Source of the DNA: the human T2T-CHM13v2.0 reference genome, Homo sapiens
Assembly: GCF_009914755.1 (NCBI RefSeq)
Contig: NC_060933.1
Direction: 5' to 3' (one strand)
DNA: 64,000 bases
Shown piece by piece: positions 30,357 through 45,085 of this stretch. The first letter of the stretch is position 1; each line of letters begins with the position of its first letter. Under the pieces are notes generated by a model. That model did not search any database and was not told where the DNA came from. It saw only the letters and a list, made by a program, of their open reading frames with translations. The position numbers and the translations under genes were made by a program.

Positions 30357-30964
30357 AACCTGCACTTGCACTCAACACATGTTTAGTGAATGTGTGAACC
30401 ACAGGCCCTGGAGCAGGCTATGCTGATGGCTGGGTAGGAAGGGGAATAAAACACATCCATGCTGCAGCGGCACTGTCATTGCAGCACCAGGGTGCAGGTG
30501 CATGGAGGCCCTGGAGCTTGTGAACCCACTCATGCTGCACCTGCACAATGCCAGTCTGACTGAGGTTATGGGTAGGGACATCTTGACACTGGCATAGCCT
30601 CCTAAGTGCTGAAGTGCAGCTGAGCCCTGGGCAACATGGAGGGTGTGGTGGGCAGGCATTGAGGCACCGGGCAGTTAGTAGTTGAGGCAGTTAGTAGTTG
30701 GCTAACCACTAAGCAGAGGAGGCCATTGAGTTTGGGGCCAAAGGCAATGAGGTGCGGGAGGCAGTAAGATGCTACCTGAATTTCCAAGGCCACCGTCCTC
30801 CTCTCTGGGGCCTTTCCCTCCTTACCACCAAGCAAGAGTGAGTTCGCTATGGTCCTTACCCTCTGTGAGCAGTCCTATCCTGGCCTTTGCCCCCAGCTCA
30901 CCTTCTCAGGGGAGTGTCCCTCTAGCCAGTGCCCTTCTTTCTCCCCAATCATCTTGTATGCATT

Positions 30965-31082
30965 GATGTATGTATTGACTGTCTCCCTTTATTCCAATGT
31001 GAACTCCAACAGAGCTGAGACTCTGCTGAGTCCCCAGTGTCTACAACACTGCTCAGGACACAGTAGATGCTCAATAAATACC
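30965..31082 (+). mobile_element. L2 3' end fragment
   Basis: ctgtctccc...tgtgaactcc...tccccagtgtcta...acacagtagatgctcaataaata. Confidence 0.65.
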
Positions 31083-31171
31083 TCAGTAGAGGAGTGAGAG
31101 AGAAGGAGGGAAGGAGGGAGGAGTGGGGAGGTGCATGTCCTGAAGGAGATGGAAAAAAGAAAGGGGAAGTC

Positions 31172-31555
<384 letters not shown>

Positions 31556-33052
31556 TTATCCCATAGATGGCAGGCAGCCATGGAAGGGCTTTGAACAAAA
31601 GGAATGTATCTGGTGGGCACAGGAGACCATCTGAAGGGCAGGGCTGGGAGGTGGGTGGGGTGGACACCCCGAACGACTAGCAGGGAGGCCGAGCTTCTCC
31701 AGACACATTCTGTGCGGTGGCTGCGGGGCAGGGAGCACAGGCCCAAGACTTGGAGACCAGCTGAGGGCTCCTCACTGGCTCCCACCCTCTGCCCTCTCAC
31801 CAGGGAGCTGACATCCTCTGTCTGGCTGGATGTTTAATTGCTTAGCGCCTCAGTTTTCACTTCTGTGAAATGGCACTAATACCAATACCTAAAGGCACCA
31901 AAGGAGAGTCCTGAGTATGTAGTAATAGCCATCATGACCCAGGAATTTGCTAAGCGCTTACAAACATCTGGTTAGGTACTGGTAAAACCTCGTGAAGAAC
32001 TGAGCCCAGGGCACTGTCCTGGTAAAAGCATTTGCTAAATGTTGGCTAACTACTGTCACTGTTTGTAAACAGGCTAATAGGAGTGTTAAGGGATGGGGGG
32101 ATGCCCACATCAGGGCAGCCTCCCCTGCACCACAGCAGCCTCTAGAAGTTTCCAGCTTCATTTGGGCACTGCTCACCTGACTACTTTAGTACTGCTGTAA
32201 GGGTGAGGGAGAGTGTATCTATCAAGGAAGTGGGCACCACTCACCTGAAACCCGCCTTTTGGGCTCTCAACCTTCAGGCTGAGCATTCTATCTACATAAT
32301 AGTAGACAATGGCTTAAGAGTTACTTCTTTCCCAGAACTTCAGTATGTAAAAAAAAAAAAAAAAAAAAAAAAATTCCAGGCTTTCACCCAGGAGGAAGGG
32401 AACCAGTGACAACCGGAATTCAGGTAGGAAGGCCTATTGCAGGCCATCCTGGCCAGTCCAGAGGTGTGGGAGCTGGGGTCTCCTGCTCTTTCCTCTCCCT
32501 CTATGGCCAGCTACTTCTCCCCCCGCCCCCTTCCCCAGTGCCCAGTGCTTTGGGCACTGCCTTGAGTCTGTATCCACGGGGTCACTTGTTGGGGGTGGGT
32601 GGCTGACTCTGAGGGTAGATTTTGGCTCAGTAGGAGGAAGGACCTTAATTGAGCCGCCTGCGGTGGAGCAAACGGCCCCTTGGCAGCTGCAGGTGGGCGG
32701 TGATGGTGAGGGGCTGAGGGGCTAAGGAGCCTTGTCATGGATGCTGCTAGGAGACTGAGCCAGGTTTCCTGTCCGGAGATTCTGGAATTCCGAGCAGGGG
32801 TGGCCCACATTTCCCAGCACGATGCGGATTTTGCTGAGGGAGGATGGGGAGAGAAAGAGGGTGAGGGAGGAAGGGCGGGCAGGGATGTGGCCCCTGCCCA
32901 GCGCGGATGCCCCAAGGATGCAGCGCTGGCGAGGCAGGGAAGTCCTCCTCTAGAACGCGTGCAAGTGACCCCTCAGAGCGCACCTCCGCTTCTCCTCCCC
33001 ACCGTGGGGGCTCAGTTCCCTGGACACGGGGGCCAGGGTTCCCATACTCCTC

Positions 33053-33181
33053 GCCCCTTAGGTCACGGGCCTGGGGGGCTCAAATGCCAGGGAGCTCTCT
33101 CTTGACAGAGCTGACCAGCCCGGCCCCTTAGGTCACGGGCCTGGGGGGCTCAAATGCCAGGGAACAGAGCTGACCAGCCCG
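33053..33181. repeat. Tandem duplication (70 + 59 bp) upstream of PHF2
   Basis: gccccttaggtcacgggcctggggggctcaaatgccaggga...acagagctgaccagccc occurs twice. Confidence 0.92.
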
Positions 33182-33655
33182 TGCCAGCGCACTCCCGGCC
33201 CGGGCTTCTGTCCTCTTCCTCTGGGGCTGAGCATCAGGGAAGTCCGCGGGATCCTGCGAGGGAGGCGGCAGTCCCCAGCCGAAAATGAGGGGAAAGAGGA
33301 AGTGGTGTCCCAACCAGAAACTCAGTGGGGAACGGAGGGAGGCAGCGCGGCCGAGGAGGAGGAACACCCCCACCGTGGTGGGGGTCAGAAGAAAGTTAGG
33401 GCCAAGTATTTGCTTGTCGGCCTTCTAGACTAGGAAGGCTCTCCTGCGGGCTCCACTCCCGCACCCCGCGTCTCTCCTTCTGCCTTGCCCGGGTTCCCCC
33501 AACTTATCTTATCCTCGGGGCCCCGCCCACCTTCTCCCCGGGGTCCCACCCCACTTTCAGTCTCAAGGCTCCCCCAGCTCACCTTCGCGCCCGCGGACCC
33601 CTGGGTCTACCTTCAGCCTTGGGGGCCCTTCTCGGCCTATCTTCCACCTTCGAGA

Positions 33656-33764
33656 TCCCCCCACCCGCCTTCTCCCCCGGCAGGGTCCCCCCGGCCGTCT
33701 TCTCCCCCGGCAGGGTCCCCCAACCCACCTTCTCCCCCGCAGGGTTCCCCAGCCCGCCTTCCCG
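33656..33764. repeat. 30-bp C-rich minisatellite (~3.5 copies) in the PHF2 promoter
   Basis: Unit tccccccacccgccttctcccccggcaggg. Confidence 0.88.
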
Positions 33765-34194
33765 GCGGCGGGAGCGGCGGCCCAGGCCGGCGGGCGGAGG
33801 CGGCGCCACCCGGGGCGCTGACGTAGAGGCCGCTCGGCGGCCGGGGGTCCCTTCGGTGGGGCCGCGGCTCCCCGCCCGCCGCCCCCGCGCGTCCATTCCC
33901 TTTTGTGTCCCGCGCGCGGCCCGTCCCCCGCGCACACTAGCGCCCTGAGCCCCGCGGGCCGGCGGGCGGCTCCCGGCGCGGCCCCTCCAGCCAGCGCGCC
34001 CGGCATTGTGTGGACGCGCCTGGCCGGGAGCGCGCGCGGGGGCTGTCGTGCGCCCCCGTCCCCGTCCCCTCCCGGCCGCGGCGCCGCCTGCGCCCCGCCG
34101 CCCCCGCCGCCCCCGCGCGGCCCGGCCCCCGGCCCGGCCCGGACCGACCCGGGCAGCGCAGCGGCGGGGCCGAGCGGCGGCGCGGCGCGGCAAC

Positions 34195-34292
34195 ATGGCG
34201 ACGGTGCCCGTGTACTGCGTCTGCCGGCTCCCCTACGACGTTACCCGCTTCATGATCGAGTGCGACGCCTGCAAGGACTGGTTCCACGGCAG
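34195..34292 (+). CDS. PHF2: PHF2 exon 1 coding part: N-terminal half of the PHD finger of the JmjC histone demethylase PHF2/KDM7C
   Basis: Kozak caacATGG. Translates [32 protein letters not shown]. Donor AG|gtgagc, phase 2. Exon 2 was not found in the window. Confidence 0.96.
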
Positions 34293-36721
34293 GTGAGCGC
34301 GCGGCGGCTGCTCGGCTCGGCCCGGCCCGGCCCGGCCACCTTGCCCGACCGAGCCCCGCGCCCCCGGCTGCGCGCCCGCAGGCCCGGCTCGGGGACGGGC
34401 CGCCGCCGCCGCCGCCGCATTCCGGGCGCCCCGGTCGGGGCTGGGCCGTGCCGGGCCGCGCGCCCTTTTGTGCCCAGGGCGGGGGCGCCAAGCACGGGGC
34501 CCGCGCTGGGCGCCCCTGGCCGCCGCGCACAAAGCGAGGCCCGCGGGCCGGGAGGTGGGCTCGGGGCTCGGGGCGCGGGGAAGTTGGGGCTCCAGGCCCG
34601 GGCCGGGCCGCCTGTCAGCTGGGTCGCGGCGGCCGCAGAGGCCGGGCATCCGGAGGGAGGCCGAGGCCCGGAGCCCCCGCCGCCTCCCCCCTGCGAAGTT
34701 GCAGGAACTTTCCCCGCGCGGGCTCGGGGTTGGCCGGGCCGGGAGAAGCGGGCGCGCAGCCCGGCGCGGGTCCCGGGAGAGGCGCGAGTGGCGGGCTCCG
34801 ACTCCGGCAGGGCTGGGGAGTCCGTGGGGGCTCCGGCGAGGTGGCAGCCGGCGCGCCCACCCTCCGCCGTGGCCGGCGAGCTCCCTTGGACCTTGTCCCC
34901 GAGGGCAGGACCCCTCCCGGACCCCCGCGGAGCAGCTAGACCCGGCAGGCCTGCAGGTCCGCGGGCAGGAGTGCGGTGACAGAATAGTGTCTGTGAGTTG
35001 GGTAAGGGGGGTTTGTTGTGGCTTTGCCACCTCCTCCCTGGCCTTCAGTTTTCCCCGTTTCTCTCCTCTCCGTTCCCGGCAGGAACGCCGGTTTTGACAT
35101 GATCTTATGCTCCCTAAGGAAGATGGGGAGGGGGGAAGGAGGTAACGCTTGGAGACACTGAAAACCCCCGCCCTCTTGGCCCTTGCCGATGGCCATGACC
35201 TGGCCCCATGCCTAGGGCAGGTCCCTTCCCACCAAGAAGTAAATGGAGGAGGAGGAAGAGGAGGTGACAGTGTTGCCCAAACTGCTCCAACAGGTTCTCT
35301 TGCATCTGACTTTGCCTGTGGGATGTGTTTGGACCCGGGGCTGGCCAGGGCTGTATGCCCTCTGGGGCTCCAGTCCCAAACCACCGGCAGCAAGCAGCCG
35401 GGGGAAAGAGAGGGGTGTGTGGTGGTGGGTGGTCCGGGATTCTCCTTCCAGAGAGGAGATCCTCCTGCAGGTTCTAAGACTGGGTCTTCAAGACTGGTCA
35501 GTGGTGCTTAAGAGTGGGCTGTGGCCCCAAGTCCAGTCCTGCCAGTTTACATGTGGGGACCTGGGTGGCTGGGATGTGACAGGGCCTGCTATGTCTGTCA
35601 GCCCCAGTCCTGAGTCCTACCTCCCTGCTGTTAGAAGGGCCTGGGACTCTGTGGGGTGGGGATGCCCACGGAAATCTGGGCTGCCTTCCTGGGTATGCCC
35701 AGGGCTGTGGAAGCCCCTTAGAGCAAGGGAGACTGAGTGTGAACACCGGGCTCTGCCCAGAACAGGGCTGACATGCACACCCTCAACTGGCAGCCGTTGA
35801 GAAGTTCATGGCCGGGCCAAAGTGAGTGAGAGCCTCTAAGGCTCCTCATATCCAGGGATGCTGAGCTGCTGGCCCTGAAAAGCCCTGAAAGTGGTGGGGC
35901 CTCTGCCTTCTCCCCCATCTCCACCGGAGCCCTGACCTGGCGAGCGCAGTCACTCCGCTACAGAACCTTCTGGGCACCTGTGTCAGCTCCTGGCTGCTGC
36001 CCACACTCGGGGCCCAGAGTAGGGAGAGTGAGAGAACGCGAGAAGACCTTTGTCTCGCTGCTTAGGGGACCCTCTGGGAAGGGAAGGCTAGTTCTGAACT
36101 AGACTTCGAGGCCAAGGGAAAAACTCCAGGAATGAGGGGCAGGCAGGCGACAGGGGCTGAGAGCTGGCCTGAGAGCTGGTTGGTGTCATTTGCTGTATTG
36201 GCCCATGCAAAAAATCCCCAAAAGGGGGATGTCTGGGGAGGCTCTAGCTCCTTTTTTTCTTATTTGAGGTCTCTGATTGAATCCAATACAGGCAGTTGAT
36301 CAGCACAGATTTATTCTCACCTATTTGGGGTGGCCGTGGGGTCTGAAAGAAGCTGTGCTTTCCCTCAGCCATGAAAGTCATTTTCTCCTGCATCTAACCA
36401 AGAGTCATCTGCCAAAGTGAACCCTACAGGGAGAAAGCCTCTGGGTGTGCCTGCTCCCCAATGGTTCTGGGCAGGTGTGTGATGGGGAGGACAGCCGTCA
36501 GGGGTTGGTGGTGTTGGTACAGCTCTCACAGCCCTGGGCAAATCCTTTGGTCTCTCAGCATCACTTTTCTTTTCTCATCAGTAAAATGAACGTGTGTGAC
36601 CAGACCCCGGGGTTTCTCCACCTCCAGATAGTCTTGTATGGCCCCGGTGGTTCTTTCCTGATCTTCGTACCGCCTGTACTGTGATTTACTTCCTATTTAA
36701 CATTTCAACTCTCTTTTTAAA

Positions 36722-36995
36722 AGTTTGAATACTTTTAAACTTTTTATTTTGAGGGGACTTTAGACTTACAAAAGAGTTCCAAAAATGGTACAGTTTCCCT
36801 GTATCCTTCTCTCCCTTTCCCTGCAGTGAACATCTTACCCAGCCATGGGACCAGTACCACAATGAAGGAGTTAACGCTGGTGCCGGGCTGCTGACTAAAC
36901 TACAGGCTTTATTCAAATGTATTTAACCAGTGTTCCCCACTTAATGTCGTTTTTCTGTTCTTGGATCCCACCTTGCATTTAATCCTCATGTCTCC
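36722..36995 (-). mobile_element. Old L1MC/ME 3' end fragment
   Basis: ctttagacttacaaaagagtt...aacatcttac...ctaaactacag...ttgcatttaat. Confidence 0.6.
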
Positions 36996-39900
36996 TTACT
37001 CTCGAAAATATTGCTTTTAAAAGGAAACTTCATATCATTTCCTGAAATAAAACATTACTGTAACTTACCATACACAGTAACTATAAAAATAAACACACAA
37101 CTGTTAGAGTAAAATGCCTGTCTGTCCCACCTGTGGCCACATCACATTCTTCCAGCCAGCCCCGTTTTGGGGAGAATTGGAGAGAGGGTCTCTAAGTCAT
37201 CAGCTACAGTCGCGGTGGCTGCGTCTTTGCTCTTGGCAGCTTTGGCGGCAGCCGAGAACTTGTTTGGGATAGAGCTTTGGCCATTTGGGGCCAGAACTTG
37301 CTTCTAGGGTGTTTGCCTACTCAGGGACTCTGAGCATCCCTCCCAGTGTTCTTGCCTTGGTGGGTGGGGCTGCCCCGCTGGCCTGGGTTGGGGAGAATGT
37401 TCACCATGGGGAGGGAGAATCGTTGTGTTCTATCCTTGGGGTCATGCATCCTGCATTCACTGGAGGGGAAGTGTGGAGTAGAGGTCGGGGAAACAGGCCC
37501 TCCTTTGAAGCCCCCCTCTGTCCTTGGGATGTGTGTCCCTTCACCAAGTTCTCGCAAGATTCCTCCTCCGGCCCCATCTTGACCGTGGCTCATCACTCCT
37601 GGGGTGGGGATCCTCGCCAGCCCAGCCCTTCTTCACTGGCACCGACTGGAGTGCTGTCCCAGAATGTGGGCTTTGACCTGGGAGGGATGGATTTTTGTGG
37701 CAGGACCTGGCAGGAGGCCGCTGGAGGCCGGTTGCCTTCGGAGGTGTCTTGTCTGCCTCATTTGGTGGGGATGTGTCGCTCTGCACCGGCACTGAGGAGG
37801 ACCTGTCCTCTCCTTTTAGGGATCCTACTCTTACATAAAGCCACTTGGGCCGTACACTGTGTTCCCTTGTGCCTGTGCCTTCCAACTGGAGGATGGAGAC
37901 CAGGCCCCATGCCCTCCACTCCTGCCTGCAAAGTGAGCTGGCATCTCACTTTGTCACCAACTTACTTTGAATAATTTAAATCTCTGGGAAGCAGGAATGC
38001 TTCTGTTAAAGTTTTAAACATCCTTAACCTGTAGCTTTCTGGCCCTCTTTCAGCTGCTTGTTCTATTGGACTGGAAGGGTTTTTGGAGGTGTAATCAGTA
38101 AAACTGACTTGAAAGAAATTGAAAGCTGTTCAGGTCACTTAAGTGACAGACATTTCATTCATACCTCAGTAAATATTTGTTGGGCTTGTATTCTGTACGG
38201 AGTTCAGAGCTGGCTGTGAGGGCCCAGGGGTTAGCCAGGCAGCTTCTCAGATTGGTGGCAGCCACCCTGGAGGGGGAGTGTCTCAGCAGAGGAGGGGCGA
38301 GAGTGGACTGAGGTTTTGACTGTCCCCCGTGTTGCATGTTGCTGTGGGGAGAGGTTGGGAGAAGGTTAGGGGCAGGGAGCCAGTGAGGAGGTGACTGTCA
38401 CCCTGCCTGTGTACCCAGGGGGTGGGGAGTGAGGACTGGGGTCGGTAGAAGGGTCACATTCTGGAAGTGCTCAGAAGGTAGAGTGGACAAGACTTGCCTG
38501 GCATGGCTCCCTCCAATTCCTCTGTGTCCGTCTGTCTGTCTGGGCTCAGCCTGCCCTCCTCCTCAGGGCCCTGTCTCTGTGTCCACCTCCCTAGGGATGG
38601 AGTTGGCCTTTCTGGGCTCTCATTGTGCCCACCTAGTCTTAAGCTTCTTGAGGCAGAGCCATGTTCAGGGGCTACCTGGGAACACCAGGCGGGGCTGTGG
38701 CCTCGCGCTGCAGGCCAGCTCTGTTGTTGGCCAGTGGAGTGTGTGTGCGAGAGGGAAGGAGGTCCTGCCGTGGGTCAAATCTGGGTGATCAGAACTGACA
38801 GTTAAATCCTAGAACCTCAAATGCCGGGGAGTACTGGGGGAAGGGGCTCTCCTCATGGAGATGTTGTTGTGATGTGTTTAGGAATAAATCATTTTAAAAC
38901 AAGGAATTCTCCCCCTGTGTGAGTTTTGAAAGTTCTGGAGGAGGTGGGAAGAATGTCAGGCCAGCTTCTAGAGGGTAAAGTAGACATCCCTCTCTGTCGA
39001 TGCTTTCCAAAGGAGGTGTGTCTTGAAGGAAGCAAGGAGCTTCATCTTAATTGTCAGAACGTTTGCTATTATTGAATATACTTAATATTTGACTGGAAGT
39101 GTGCTTGATCTGAACTTCTGGACTGCAGCCCACGTTTGTTTGGGGCTGCTTGGGTGAAATGTGGCCACAGATGCCCTAAAATCTGGGCAGAGATTTGGGT
39201 GGACGCTGCCACCCCCAGGCATCCTCTTTTATGGCTGTCCCTGTAGTGCCTCGACATGTGCCAGGTCCTTCTAAAAGAGTGAGTTTTTCTGGTGGGAGCA
39301 AGTGTGGGCCAGAAAATAGTGTTCCGTGACACAGTTCTCTGGGAGAATCTCACTTTTGAAATTCAGGGTGTGGGTAAAACAAAGTCCATCTCTTGGTTTT
39401 TTTAAATAACAGATGGGCCTGATTGTGCTGCGGAAGCTAACATTCAGTCGGGGTTTAATGCCATAGGGGTTTTTCATTCATCATGTTTGGTTCCCACGTC
39501 GACTGCGAGGGGCAGATAGTGTGGGTCACCCTGTCACCTTCATTCCCAGCATGGACACAGAAGCAGCTAGGGCCTCTGTCACACACAGGTCTCTGGCTTC
39601 ATCAGGTGCACTCTGAGCTGCAGCAGGTGGACACACTCACCTCCCAGAGGGTGCAGGTGAGGAGGTGGCACCTGGCTTAGGTTATTCTGGCTCAAGGGCC
39701 TGAGCAAATACCGGGGCTGATAACTGCTCGTGTCCATGGTTTCAGCAGTGTAACACGGACGGAAATGTAGTCACAGAGGAAGGCCACATACTGAGCTAGG
39801 GGATGGGAGGTGCTTCCCTGTCCAAGCAGCTGACTGCAGCAGCTCCCTCCTGGGTCTGAATATACCCAGTGTCTCTCAGGGTCTCTCGCTGTAGTGCCTC

Positions 39901-40315
39901 CCTCTCTGCATCTCTCCTTCTCTGTCCCCTAACTTCTGCCAACCTTGATTCTCAGCTTTTTGGCTCTGTGGCAGGTAGGTGGCCCTAGCTGTGAGGTCCA
40001 GAATGGGACTTGGCTTCTATGCTTTAGGGTACAGGACCTGTTTACTTTTCTCCTGGACCCCCCCGCCACCATAGTGCTGGGTCACTCACAGAAGAACATA
40101 TGAACATATTTAGAATTCTAGCCAGTGGTTTGGATCTCAAAGCATAGGAACTGAAAAATCTTTGTGGTATCTGTCCCTGTCTATCAAAGCTTTCCAAAGG
40201 AGGCGTGTCTTGAAGGAAGCAATTTGGTGTGAGCCTCATCTTAATTGCCAGAATGTTTGCTTTTATTGAAAATATTTAGCTAGAAATGTGCACATGGGGA
40301 AACGAGCCTTTTACC

Positions 40316-42460
<2,145 letters not shown>

Positions 42461-44584
42461 GCACTTTTATCTTTTTTTGTAATCACCTTTTAATGTGTGA
42501 TGACTGAATTTACAGAACTGTACATGCGCAGGGTGCTGCCCACCCCTGGCATGCTCTCCGTGTTCATGCATGTGCTGCTGTGTGCCCAGTGCATGCCTGC
42601 ATGCTTGCGAAGGAGGGTCTTCTTTTTTAACCATAAGTATTTTTGCATCAGATGTCGAACTAGGCGTTTTCCATACATGTGTAAGACCTCTCTCATATTG
42701 TGTATGGGGTCCTCTTGTGTGGGTCTCCATCTCCTTTCCCTGACCGCCATCCTCCCCAGGGGCTATCTTTTTGGCTACATGCTTCACTGCTGAGGATCCT
42801 TTTGTGGAGCAAGGCCAGGGTTCTGGATTCCTAGAGTAGGGACAGCAGGCACAGTTATGGAGCAGTGCCAGCCGCTCTGTGTGGGCAGCACGTGGCCTCA
42901 TTGATCTCCATGCATTAAGTGGATGGTTCTGCTCAGGTGGAGAGCATGTGTAAAGCCCTTGTTCATTCTTGTTCCTGACATGCCATGGGTAGGGCGCAAG
43001 GCCACAGTATTGGACAAACATGAGGATCTGATTGGCCTTGGAGAGTGCTCTGGGACCAGGATCTGACCTGGGGACTGATACACCCACCCCTGGGGCTGCC
43101 AGACTCAGGCATTGAACCCTGACCCCAGCACCTTCACCCCACAATTCCAGATCACTGAGATCTTATTGTAGCTTTGTGATTTTGTCCCTTATTTTACCCT
43201 TCCCCTTATAAAACCCCATCAAGGCGTATTCTGTGTATGAATCTCCGGGAAAGCTTGGGCCATTGGAAAGAGTAGTTGGGAAGCACTAACCAGGAACGTG
43301 GGGCCTGGTGGGAAGGCAGCGTCAAGTGGAGCTTGAGGCCCTTCCCTGCCAGGTTCCACCTCACCAGCAGGTCTGGGCTGACCTGCTTTTGCTGGAGCAA
43401 TGGTGCAGACTGATTTAGGGGTTCAGGCCCATTTCCCTGAAGGAGAGACTGAGGCCTGGAGTCCTGAGACACTTGGTATCCTGGAACAGTATAGAAACTG
43501 CAGCCTTAGCTAGTCTTCTGCACATTGCCTGGAGAAGGGGTGAAGTGGGGCTTTGGGAGGGCTCACTGAACCCGGGGAGAGGGACCCCATGGCCCCGCAT
43601 GAAGCAGCACACACAGGCTCAAATGGGAAGCAGTGGGGAGTCTCACTAAACCTTCCTTGGCTGGAGTCAGCCAAACATGAGGATTAGTTGCCCTTGGTGC
43701 TTGTGGAATCTCTCCTTGGAAGTGGGAGGCACTGTGGCGACCACTGCCCAGCAGCACATAGCAGAGGTGTGCAGAAGCAGCCAGGCAGGGAGAGGTTTTC
43801 TCCACTGTTTGCACCCAGCACTGGGCACTTCTGGATGCCACCCTGTTCCTTGCAGCAGCTCCCTGGTGGGCTTTGGATGGAGGGGCTACTCAGGAGAAGC
43901 CAGCTGGGGGAGGGCCAGCAGCCGGCCAGCAGCCCCCACTCCTCCCATGCCAGCCAACGTACAGGCCGGATGGGAACAGTCTGTGAGGCTTTTGTGCCAC
44001 TCCTGGCTGCGCTTGGCAGCTCTGCATGTCACACATGAGGAATCCTGAGTCTCAAAATGGCCCAGGAATCCAGCATGAGCTGTGCTAGGAGTCAAGAGGT
44101 TTGCCACGACTGGGCTTGGTTCCTTGTTCATGAGCGAGCACGTCCCTCAGTCTATCCATCTAGCTGGTGACGTTTCCTGAACACCAGGGGAGACCAGGCT
44201 CTGTTCTAGGCACGGGCAGCAGTGAGGAAGACTGCACGGCCCCTGAAGCTAGTGCTGGGGGACAGGGTTGGGGTGGCATGGCCCTCATCACCAGCCGCCT
44301 GCGAGTCTGTGCCAGAGCAGATTGGGGTGACAACAGACTGCACTGTGTGGGGTGAGGGGCAGCATGTGGCTGGCCCCCAAATGAGGGGAGATATGGTTAG
44401 GGAGGCACCTTGGCCTGTTGGCCATGGGTGGGAGTTACATTTTGGCCCCAGTGCAGGAAGATGAGGACAAGGCACAACATTCTTTAGTTTGCAGTCTGTA
44501 AAGTTCTCTCAGAGTTCTGTGGGAGGCATGGAGTATAGGGCAAGATGGAGAGAGGCCAGAGACTAGTTAGGGGCTGGCAGAGCC

Positions 44585-45085
44585 TTGGGTGAGGGATGGA
44601 GGAGCCTCGGGTGAGGGACAGAGGAGCCCCGGGTGAGGGATGATGGAGGAGCCCTGGGTGAGGGATGATGGAAGAGCCCTGGGTGAGGGATGACGGAGGA
44701 GCCCTGGGTGAGGGATGACGGAGGAGCCCTGGTTGAGGGATGATGGAAGAGCCCTGGGTGAGGGATGATGGAAGAGCCCTGGGTGAGGGACGGAGGAGCC
44801 TCAGATGAGGGACGGAGGAGCCCCAGGTGAGGGACGGAGAAATCCCAGGAGAGGGATGACGGAGGATCCCTGGATGAGGGATGGAGGAGCCCCGGGTGAG
44901 GGATGATGGAGGAGCCCCCGGTGAGGGATGATGGAGGAGTCCCAGATGGTGGATGGAGGAGCCCCGGGTGAGGGATGATGGAGGAGTCCCAGATAGTGGA
45001 TGGAGGAGCCCCGGGTGAGGGATGATGGAGGAGTCCTGGGTGAGAGATGATGGAGGAGCCCCAGGTGAGGGATGGAGGAGCTCTG
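44585..45085. repeat. Purine-rich VNTR, 22/25-bp units (GGTGAGGGA[TGA]TGGAGGAGCCCYG), ~21 copies
   Basis: Clear tandem array with a 47-bp higher-order dimer at 44920-44966 and 44967-45013. Confidence 0.95.

Larger units (their letters stand above)
33190..34980. promoter_or_regulatory. PHF2: PHF2 promoter CpG island
   Basis: Very high GC and CpG content spanning exon 1, with GC boxes, a CRE-like TGACGT at 33819-33824 and an Inr-like cATTG near 34005. Confidence 0.92.

Noticed and set aside
33485-35393. Long overlapping ORFs (358 aa +, 386 aa -, 205 aa -, 197 aa -, 209 aa +) over the PHF2 promoter
   Set aside because: Arg/Pro/Gly/Ala low-complexity frames expected from stop-codon depletion in a CpG island. 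Only 34195-34292 has a recognisable domain and splice donor.
37285-37974. 229-aa ORF in PHF2 intron 1
   Set aside because: TTG start, no recognisable domain and no convincing exon boundaries.
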